DNA from: the human T2T-CHM13v2.0 reference genome, Homo sapiens
DNA length: 64,000 nt
Direction: 5' to 3' (one strand)
Assembly (NCBI RefSeq): GCF_009914755.1
Contig: NC_060925.1
The position numbers and the translations under genes are program-made. Shown here one piece after another: positions 47,976 to 64,000 of the stretch. Every line of letters begins with the position of its first letter. Position 1 is the first letter of the stretch. The notes under the pieces were generated by a model, which was given only the letters and a program-made list of their open reading frames with translations, was not told where the DNA came from and ran no database searches.

Positions 47976-49120
47976 TTTTTGTATACTGTCTCCTCTTAGT
48001 GTGATAAAATAAATTGAAAGTAGGAAGAGTATGTTTTTTATTTAGATTCTAAAATATTTACAGATAACTTTCATTGTTTCTAGCCTACCCAATTTTAATT
48101 AATTTTCTTATTCTATTTCTGCAGTGGTTTTTTTCTTCAAAAAATTCAGTTGTCCTTGATAATAATTCAATCTGAGATGAGAACCCTAGCTCTAAATGGT
48201 TACATAAACTGATATAAAAAATGAGATGTGAAATGATTGGTGCATTAAAATTGGTGGGTTTTATAATATTTTCCATTTATTTCACATTTGAACATTATGG
48301 AAAATATAGAGAAAATAGGTTGATATGCGAGTTTAAAAAGCAAAAGACAACTAAATTACCATTTTTAAGGTATTTTACTGTTGACTTTCTAAAAACTGCA
48401 GCATTCAATTGATGTTTAGTTCTAGAGTACCATTTTATACCTCCCCAATAAAGTGGCCTTAGACATTTAGTTTAAGAGAAATAATATTGGTTTTGTTTTT
48501 ATATACACATGCTTTATAAATATATCTTCAACGTTTATAAAAATAACAACTGTTTTATATTCTCCAAGAAATGGAGAATCACAGAGATTAAAGGAATTGC
48601 CCTAGGTCTTACAGCTAGCTTGTGGAAAAACCAGATGTAAGCTCTCATTTTCTTACTTCAATGCCCTCGAGTCTTGTCATTACATCTGTGTTGCCTCCTT
48701 GAAATACTATTATCATCGTGGAGTAATAGACCCTTGCTAAAGTATCAGTTATGTACCCTGCTGCCTATGGTAGAGAGGGGCTCAGGAGGACTCAATCAGT
48801 GACTCTCCATCTGTGTCCAATGACTGGAAGTCAGTAGGTCTTTATGGCTCTAGATTTTTTTTTTTTTTTCATAATTACTTACTTCTCTTTGGTTTCTTGA
48901 ACCAAAGCAAAAAAAAAAAAAAAAAAAAAAGCGGGTTTGTTTTTGTTTTTGTTTTTGTTTTTTTGTATACTGTCTCTTCTTCTTAGGGTGATAAAAGAAA
49001 TTGAAAGTATGAAGAGTAAGTTTTTATTTAGATTCTAAGATATTTACAGATAACTTTGTTTCTAGGCTATCCAATATTTAATTATTTTTCTGATTTTATT
49101 TGTGCAGTGTTAGTTTTTCC
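47976..49120. repeat. Local direct duplication of ~160 bp (47976-48135 and 48960-49120)
   Basis: Both copies read ttttgtatactgtctc...gtgataaaa.aaattgaaagta.gaagagta...ttagattctaa.atatttacagataacttt...tgcagtg; roughly 80-85% identity by eye. Confidence 0.9.
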
Positions 49121-50014
49121 TTCAGAATGTGGTGTGTTTTTTTTGCTTTTGTTTTTAGGTTTTTTAAAAATTATTATTGCATTGCAATAATCAATTATAA
49201 TTGGGATTCACTAAAAACAAATTACATGAAAATAGAGACTAAGTTTGAACTATCAATTTTTTTTCATAATGGAATTGTGCATATTTTTAAATTTACAGTA
49301 GCTAGAGTATTTTCATGCTTTCACTGCCTTAGTGTTTTTCTAGATTCTTTTTCATTATTCTCTGGAATCTTCCTAGGCTTATGCAAGAGAGTTTATGAAT
49401 TACCATATTTTAATAATACTTTTAGTTCCTACTAGGGCTATGTGGTTTTCAAAAAAAAAGAAATGACTACTCTCTACTGTTTCTTTTGTGCCTTTTTGTC
49501 ATCTTCTCTTTCTTTGGTAATTTTCTCTCATTTGTTTGCACATGCTGCCACTTGCATTGCAATGCTGTGTGTATTTTGCTGTTGTTTCTCTTCTGACTCC
49601 ATTGCATGGTGGTCAGTCTCCATGATGCTATTTTTACTTTTGTTTCCTTTCTTTTTTCCCTTTGTGTTTTCCTTTGCATGTTATCCTTCATTCCTCCATA
49701 ACTGAATGTTTGATAGGTCTTGCAGTTTGTTTTGGTTTACTACTCTAACCTTCTGTATCCTCAGATGATGATTTCACAACTCACTTTTTGTTTTTACTTT
49801 TATTCTGCCTCTGTACTGGGAGGGATAATTTATCTTCCTATGGATCTAGGAAGAGAGCAGCATGATGTAGAAAAATCATTCACCGTTGCCTTCTTCTACA
49901 ACATGAAACCTGACTCTGAGATCCTTTCTTGATTATTTCTTTCAAATCATCACTTTTCCAATTACCTGCAGGTTAAATGATATGATCTAAGTCTAGGAGT
50001 ATAAGGGCAATTAA

Positions 50015-50346
<332 letters not shown>

Positions 50347-51709
50347 AAGTTTACATTTTTTTCTAATAGGTTGCATTCAAAATTAAAAGAAAGAGGTAAG
50401 GAATATAAATAATTTCAATAAAATGTTTTTATCATAATATTTTTGGTCTTTGAAAATTATTTTAAGCAACTTTAACATTAAGAATAATAGATAAAATTGC
50501 CAAAATTGAGATTTTTTTCTTTTGAATATGAAAAGTTTTCAAGTGGAAAGGATCAGCCACACAGCTTGAGGTTCCAGTTCATTTTATGTTATTTAATGAG
50601 TCATATGTATTAGCTATTAACCACTTATATAACACAAAACTTTAGTTTTAAACTCAAAACAGAGTAAAAACTTACTGTAAGATAATTGATGATAGAAAAT
50701 GGTAAGTATGCTGAATGCTACACAGAAACTTCTGTAACATATATTTTTCTCTTTTATTACTTCTCTGGTTGGTTACATGTGAAGGGGTGGGTTGCCCCTC
50801 CACACCTGTGGGTGTTTCTCGTTGGGTGGAACCAGAGACTTGGAAAAGAAAAAGACACAGAGACAAAGTATAGAGAAAGAAATAAGGGGACCCAGGGAAC
50901 CAGCGTTCAGCATATTGAGGATCCCGCCAGCCTCTGAGTTCCCTTAGTATTTATTGATCATTTTTGGGTGTTTCTCAGAGAGGGGGATGTGGCAGGGTCA
51001 TAGGATAATAGTGGAGAGAAGGTCAGCAGATAGACACCTGAACAAAGGTCTCTGCATCATAGACAAGGTAAAGAATCAAGTGCTGTGCTTTAGATATGCA
51101 TACACATAAACATCTCAATGCCTTACAGAGCAGTATTGTTGCCCGCATGTCCCACCTCCAGCCCTAAGGCGGTTTTCCCCTATCTCAGTAGATGGAACAT
51201 ACAATCGAGTTTTATACTGAGACATTCCATTGCCCAGGGATGGGCAGGAGACAGATGCCTTCCTCTTGTCTCAACTGCAAAGAGGCATGCCTTCCTCTTA
51301 TACTAATCCTCCTCAGCACAGACCCTTTACGGGTGTCGGGCTGGGGGACGGTCAGGTCTTTCCCTTCCCACGAGGCCATATTTCAGACTATCACATGGGG
51401 AGAAACCTTGGACAATACCTGGCTTTCCTAGGCAGAGGTCCTTGCGGCTTTCCACAGTGTATTGTGTCTCTGGGTACTTGAGATTAGGGAGTGGTGATGA
51501 CTCTTAAGGAGCATGCTGCCTTCAAGCATCTGTTTAACAAAGCACATCTTGCACAGCCCTTAATCCATTTAACCCTGAGTTGACACAGCACATGTTTCAG
51601 AGAGCACAGAGCACGGGGTTGGGGGTAAGGTTATAGATTAACAGCATCTCAAGGCAGAAGAATTTGTCTTAGTACAGAACAAAATGGAGTCTCCTATGTC
51701 TACTTCTTT

Positions 51710-57036
<5,327 letters not shown>

Positions 57037-58976
57037 GACAATGGTTGCCCATTTCTATCAAATTTAGAACAACATTGACTAGCCCAATGTTTTCCTTTTT
57101 TACATCTTGGACATAAGTCAGGTGGCTCTCTACCTGTTGTTGTAGTAGCTTGAATACTTATATTCTGTTTATTTAAGACTGGACAATTCTTTTTTAAATG
57201 ACCAATTTGACCACAATTATAACATTTTCCTCCAAATGTTCTAACCTGTCCTCCTAAAACAACTCCCGCTATTGCTTGAGCCATAAGCGTAGCTTTATGC
57301 ATAGCTCCTCCGATTCCATCACAGCCTTTTACATACTCTGAGATTACATCTGATCCTGTGGGAACCTTTCCTTTTAATGGCTTAATGGCCAATTGACACT
57401 CAGGATTGGCATTTTCGTATGCCATCAACTCCACTATGACCTTACAGGCTTTTTCATCGGCAATTGACTTTTGAGCAACATCTTGGAGCCTTGCCACAAA
57501 ATCAGGGTAGGGCTCTTTTGAATCTTGTCTTACTGTATTAAATGAGGGGCAGGTGATTCCTGGGTCTTGGATTTTTTTCCCAGGCTCTAAGGCAGATAGC
57601 TCTAATTTGCTCAATGGCCTCATTTTGCATTAATGCTTGTTGACTAATAGTGCTCCAATTTTGACCTGTTCCTAATAGTTGATCTGCATCTATGTTAACT
57701 GGAGGATTGGCAGCCCTATTTCTTCAGACCTGTTCTTGTGCCCCATCAATCCACCAAGTCTTAAATTGTAAGAATTGAGAGGGTGAGAGAGACGATTTTG
57801 CCAGAATCTCCCAATCATAAGGAATGAGTCTATGTCCATGAGCAATGGAATCTAACAATGTCCTCATATAAGGGGAGTTGGGTCCATACTGTTTTACTCC
57901 CTCTTTCATATCTTTTAGCATTTTTATCGAAAAAGACTTGTATCTGGCCTCAACTGTGAGAGGCTCTCCCTCTTGGGCTCCTTCTCTAGGTGACATCGGT
58001 TCTAACATTACTGGGAATTGCCACGCCTCGGTATCTCCTTCCTTTCTTGACTTATCAATAATTTCATGTAATTCACTACCCTGTCTACTAGGTGGTGCCG
58101 TAGGATTAAGTCTCCTAGTGGGCGGCTGAGGGTATGGCGCCCTGCCCTGTGGTGCTGGAGCATTTCTGGACATCCATACTGACTTTCTGGGGGTGGCCGA
58201 TACTGAAGTTCGGCCGGCGGCCAGTATTGATAAGCTACTGGTGGTTGGGTCTTATTTTCTTTAACCTGTGTTTGAGGTTGTAATGTTACGGGCATCTGAC
58301 CTGCTGGAAGAGGACTTGGCCCTCATGGTTTAGACTCTGATGGCCCCACTAATTCTGGACATTTTCCTTCTAATTTTAACGTTTCAGGATATATCACCTC
58401 CTGTAATTGATTATAGTCAACATTTTGCATTGACTGAGCCATTACCAGCTCTGCTACATATTTGCAATGTAAACTTTCCATTTCTTTCTGGGATTTTTTC
58501 CCTGTCTTTTCTTTACAATCTATTACACAGCTTCCAGGGGCATCAGAAACTGAAACACTATCTTCTTCTGCTTGAAATTGTTCTAAAGCTGCTTTAATAA
58601 TGGCCCAATCATTCCATACTGTAAGTGGAATGATATTACCCTTCGTACCTGCTTGTTTTAGTTCCTCGCCAATTCTTTTCCAGTCTTTTAGATCTAAAGT
58701 TCCTTGTTCTGGAAACCATGGGCAAAATTGTTCTATTGTTTGAAATAGCTTGATTAGATTTTTTGCAGATACTCTAACTCCCCCTCTTTTTAAAAGAATT
58801 GTAATAAAGCTGAGATAAGAGGCACATTTACTTTTAGTTTTAGTTTGCCCCATTGTCACCCTAGCTTCTTCCGAGCGCACAAGCTTACCGTAAGACTGAC
58901 TGTAGATGTACTCGGGATCTCTCGTCGACTTGTCCTCAATGACCACGCTGTAGCGTACCTTCACCCTAGAGAAAAG

Positions 58977-58994
58977 CCTCCACGTTGGGCACCA
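58977..58994 (-). promoter_or_regulatory. Primer binding site, tRNA-Lys type
   Basis: TGGTGCCCAACGTGGAGG, 2 nt downstream of the 5' LTR. Confidence 0.92.
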
Positions 58995-58996
58995 GA

Positions 58997-59964
58997 TGAA
59001 GGGGTGGGTTGCCCCTCCACACCTGTGGGTGTTTCTCGTTGGGTGGAACCAGAGACTTGGAAAAGAAAAAGACACAGAGACAAAGTATAGAGAAAGAAAT
59101 AAGGGGACCCAGGGAACCAGCGTTCAGCATATTGAGGATCCCGCCAGCCTCTGAGTTCCCTTAGTATTTATTGATCATTTTTGGGTGTTTCTCAGAGAGG
59201 GGGATGTGGCAGGGTCATAGGATAATAGTGGAGAGAAGGTCAGCAGATAGACACCTGAACAAAGGTCTCTGCATCATAGACAAGGTAAAGAATCAAGTGC
59301 TGTGCTTTAGATATGCATACACATAAACATCTCAATGCCTTACAGAGCAGTATTGTTGCCCGCATGTCCCACCTCCAGCCCTAAGGCGGTTTTCCCCTAT
59401 CTCAGTAGATGGAACATACAATCGAGTTTTATACTGGACATTCCATTGCCCAGGGATGGGCAGGAGACAGATGCCTTCCTCTTGTCTCAACTGCAAAGAG
59501 GCATGCCTTCCTCTTATACTAATCCTCCTCAGCACAGACCCTTTACGGGTGTCGGGCTGGGGGACGGTCAGGTCTTCCCCTTCCCACGAGGCCATATTTC
59601 AGACTATCACATGGGGAGAAACCTTGGACAATACCTGGCTTTCCTAGGCAGAGGTCCTTGTGGCCTTCCACAGTGTATTGTGTCTCTGGGTACTTGAGAT
59701 TAGGGAGTGGTGATGACTCTTAAGGAGCATGCTGCCTTCAAGCACCTGTTTAACAAAGCACATCTTGCACAGCCCTTAATCCATTTAACCCTGAGTTGAC
59801 ACAGCACGTGTTTCAGAGAGCACGGGGTTGGGGGTAAGGTTATAGATTAACAGCATCTCAAGGCAGAAGAATTTGTCTTAGTACAGAACAAAATGGAGTC
59901 TCCTATGTCTACTTCTTTCTACACAGACATAGTAACAATCTGATCTCTCTTTCTTTTCCCCACA
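58997..59964 (-). promoter_or_regulatory. HML-2 5' LTR (LTR5-type, 968 bp)
   Basis: Begins TGTGGGGAAAAGAAAGAGAGATCAG, ends CCCACCCCTTCA; AATAAA at 59167-59172; followed by the PBS. Confidence 0.97.
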
Positions 59965-62900
59965 ACATGAGTTGTTGATCTCCCAAAAGATGAAGAGACA
60001 TTCTGCTTCATGAGGACCCCAAATGGAAACCTGAGGCAGTCACTGGTTCTTCACTGTTACCCATCATGGGATTTTGTGATCTACCATTGGGTAAAGTGGA
60101 CCAGCCCGTGTGTTTGGGGAGAAAAATCTAAGAGTTGGGCTCTTTTCTACAGTTCATAATTTATGTCACTAGGAGAAAAGTAAAACATTTAGCCTCTCTA
60201 AATCTAATTTTTCAACTGTAGTAAAACATCATAATAATTCTGACTTCCTACGGTTATTGTAAGAATGTATCAAAAACTTGATTGAATTGCTAAAGTACTC
60301 TTTAAAGTAGGTACTTTTAATTTGTTTGTTTTCTTCTTTTTTACTCTCTTCATTCTCTCCTTTACCTTCTTTCCTAATCTATTTTCTTACCTTCTATGCT
60401 CATAGTTCTTCACTTCTTTCAGTTCTCTAGGAGTTAATAGATTACTTAGTTAAATCAGCAGCATTCTCAGCCAATAAAGGCACTAGACTCTATATCAAAA
60501 TTGAAGATTAATTGTAGTATCTTAAATATTGTGCCTGAGTTTTTCCACACCTTTAAGGAATAAAATAAAGGCTTATCTCAGATACCTTTTCATCTGCCCT
60601 CATACTTACGGTATGTGTAAGTTCTTTCTTGGAATAATATATAGCATTCTCATACATTTTACAAATTCTCATGACTCTCTGATATGAAGAGTTTGCAGAA
60701 TACAACTCTCTGGCCCTGAAATGTAGATAAAACAGTGTTGGCAATATGAGACAGCATTACTATAAACACACATAATGGCCCTTAAAAGGATATTCTCAGC
60801 CAACCCTGTCCAGTTAAACTTGCTATGTCAGAGATGTCTACACTGGGATTTGCTATGATAGCATATTACAAACCAATATGTTTTTAAAAAAAAAATTGCT
60901 CCACAGGTGTGTACCTTAAATATAAAGTCTTTAGGTAATCATGACAATTCAGGGTTATGGGCCTACTGAAAAACTTTACTTTTTAAATGGAAAGTAAACT
61001 TAAAAAATTATGGAACGACCCTTTATTTCGACTTGTGCATAACAAGACAACAATAGACTCTGAGGCCAAGGAAGAAACCAAGTGATATTGTAGCAGTACA
61101 TTGTCAGAAATAACTTTGGTCTCTGAGCTGCCAAATTGGCTTCAAATATTAACGCTATGAGTATACTCTGAATGTTGAGGATCTTCTGATACTTCTGAGA
61201 AATCACCTACAGAGACACTAACAGATGGGAAGTCTACAGTTTAACAATTTGAGCTAGTGAAAATTCCCTGAAGTCAAGGCTCAGGAGATTTCTTCCATTC
61301 AAATGTTGTTGTTGCTGTTGTTGCTTATATCTGTAGTGTCTCTCACATCAGAGTAAGTACATCAATTAAGAAAGAGAATATGAGGAGTATATAGATGAAT
61401 ATTTTTATTCCTGTTTTACATCATTCATTTTTGTGCTATTGACCTTATTAACAGTTTATTTTGATTGAATAATGAATAAAAATACAAGAAACATCTTCAC
61501 CATAATGAAATGGCCGATAATGTTTCTTTGAACACTTTTCCAAATTTATTTTAATTCTCTTAATTCTCCATGTCATATGAAGTCCAATCACTTCACAATA
61601 TCAGACCTTGCCAATGCAGTGAAATTTGTCCTCTGTGCCCCTATTCCTCATCTGTCATTCTTGATAGACTCAGATTTGTCTTTAGACTTTGTACTCATCT
61701 TTTATTCTTCATATTTAATGATGCATAAAAATTGTGCAATGAAACTCATTGTAGTTGTCATTTATCTATGTTCAATTCTTATTGTTATCTATTGGAAATA
61801 CACATTTAAGTTACTCCATATCTACATACGTCTCTCCTCATTATTAACTATTTTTGCCATCATCTTCTTTCCTTTGTTTGCTCATTTCTTCCTTTTCTAT
61901 TCTTTGTTTTAAAAATCTACATTTGAAACTATTTGCACAAGATATTTTTTAATCACTGACATTCATTTACTGAACAGAATTTTGTAATAATAGACAATTT
62001 GCAGGTGCTATTCATGATACATTCTTTATATTAATCTTAAAGTACATTCTTTTGCAAGGATGAGTGGTCAGTACTCATCTTCTTCATACTAATGAACATG
62101 GTTGAAAGAAGGTCCTGTGTGCAACTGCAAAATAGATAGCAAATGCTCACCAAGGATTTCTTTTACAAGTTTCTCACTCCTGTAACATCAAAGCAAAGAA
62201 AAGTTGGGTGTGAAAAAAGCAGTCTCTAAGAAGAGAAGGAAAATGTCAGAGTGAGGTAGTTTTTTTTTTTTTTCCCTACATTAATTACAAGAAAACTTTT
62301 AGGCAAGACTATTTGGGAAAAAAAATTGGAAAAACAAGGTCATATATGTCTTTCTTAATTTGCAAAGTGAGTTAGAGAATTGAGACAATTTTCTGGATAA
62401 CCTAGGCCCAATCATAATTTCACTAGAAACTCATTAATGCGGCAAAATTGTATGTGAATGCATGTTTTCATCCTTGCTTGTTTTATCTGAACATTTCTTT
62501 CAAATCTCTTGAAGTAGGCATGAAAGAGGCATTTTAAGTTCATTTTCATGTAAACTGGGTGAACACTTACAGAGCTCAAGTTTGGCTTAGAGTTCATTTT
62601 TCTTGCCCTATACAGGAAAGTAGCTTTGTAGCCTTTGATTTTTATACCTCTAAGTTATCAGTTAATATTTTGCTTCTCCAAGGAGAGAGAAATTTTAACC
62701 ACAAATAAGGGTCTTGAATTAATTTTGTACATTTCAAAGTGCTCACCACTTTTCCTGGATTTAATTATAATTATGTCAATTTGTTATATTTACTCTATAA
62801 CTACAATAACTGCTCTGCATTTATTTATAGTACAGTTCAGAGAGGAGTTGAACAGGTTGTGTATACTGTATGTTAATGACACTTTAAGAGCACATAGAAT

Positions 62901-63329
62901 CAGTGTGTATTTTCTCAGTGGAATTACACATTAGCAAACCTCTCAGGTGTGGAAACAAAGGTTAAAAATGTGTTCCTAAATTTGAATTATAAAATCAAAT
63001 GTGAATACCGCACAGCATAAAAGGAAATCTGATTTGTAATATAGATGCTGTTTGTCTTGTTTTAGCAGATTCTTTTTCAGAGTGTAGTGTACCCTCTCTA
63101 ACTCTTATTGTAGCACCAATACTTCTGTTACGTAACATTTAACAAACAGTAGTATTTGCTTCTTGGAAACAAAAGTATGGACAAATGCCTTGATATTATG
63201 GTCCACAGCTTCATTAGCATGTTGGGTAAAATGCAGCATTAAAGTGTAGATGAACACTGTTTAGATGGGTTGCTGAAATATTTTTTCCTTGTTTCTGTCA
63301 AAGTGTCTATCAATGAGATCATTAACCTT

Positions 63330-63730
63330 ATTTTTAAAAAACCCTCAGAATTAGACTTATGTACTATGATAAAGACAAAGACTCCAGTTTTGATGTTTGA
63401 TCTTTAACTATTTGCAAGATCCACGCTTCCCCTTTCCCTTTTACTTAACAACTGGATAAGCTGGTAAGAAAGCTGCAGACTTCCCCCCTCGGTGCTGGTG
63501 GAAGTTAAAAGCACACATATCCCGGCCTACGAGTGAACATTCCCCCTAGCCACACCTCCTAACTACAATTAAAATCAGAATCATCCTTCTCCCTTGATCT
63601 TCTTGTTTCACTCCAGACCAAACTTCAGCCCTTCTCCTCAGTAATTATTTAGATGTTTATTGTGTGAATAATAAACTTTATTCATTTTTATATCCATTAG
63701 TGCCTATGTGTCATTCATCCCAACTTACAT
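63330..63730 (+). mobile_element. Probable ancient ERV-L-class solo LTR
   Basis: LTR-like layout (C-rich stretch, AT-rich box, 'aataaactttattcat'); family not recognised with certainty; boundaries approximate. Confidence 0.4.
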
Positions 63731-63739
63731 ATGAAGATT

Positions 63740-64000
63740 TTTAGTGGTGATTTCTGAGATTTTGGTGTACCCATCACCTGAGCAGTGTACACTGTACCCA
63801 ATGTGTAGTCTTTTATTCTTCACCCCCCAATCCTTTCTCCCAAATCCCCAAAGTCCATTGTATCATTCTCATGTCTTTGCATCCTCATAGCTTAGCTCCA
63901 ACTTGTGAGTAAGAACTGGTTTTCCATTCCGGAGTTACTTCACTTAGAATAATGGTCTCCAATTCCATCCAGGTTGCTTTGACGGCCATTATTTTGATCC
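63740..64000 (-). mobile_element. L1PB 3' end (continues beyond the window)
   Basis: 'gtggtgatttctgagattttggtgtacccatcacctgagcagtgtacactgtaccc...gagttacttcacttagaataatgg'. Confidence 0.88.

Noticed and set aside
59332-59697. ORFs inside the LTRs (87-120 aa, and equivalents at 51118-51481)
   Set aside because: Frames differ between the two LTRs because of a 1-nt indel and no domain is recognisable; chance ORFs.

Overview
AT-rich, CpG-poor primate (most likely great-ape) genomic DNA made almost entirely of transposable-element relics, with no intact host protein-coding gene visible. The main feature is a full-length (9,185 bp), minus-strand HERV-K(HML-2) type 1 provirus at 50780-59964. It has two near-identical LTRs (6 substitutions and 2 indels by eye), a 5-bp ACATG target-site duplication (TSD), a Lys-tRNA primer binding site and a polypurine tract. 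Its internal genes carry about 10 disabling lesions, including a stop at the gag-pro frameshift site and a truncated Np9, which fits poorly with the young-looking LTRs. Also present: a KRT8 processed pseudogene nested in an old, near full-length L1 that also hosts a THE1 LTR and an inverted Alu pair; a twin-primed (5'-inverted) L1; a 4.1-kb L1PA with a perfect 17-bp TSD; an L1MA-type element with an MST insertion; a decayed MLT2/ERV-L provirus; several Alus and old repeats; and a unique local duplication with possible decayed exons next to the provirus. I see no evidence for a wholly new biological system. The best leads are the identity and history of the provirus and the unexplained unique segments. 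Subfamily calls rest on recalled consensus sequences, not on a search.
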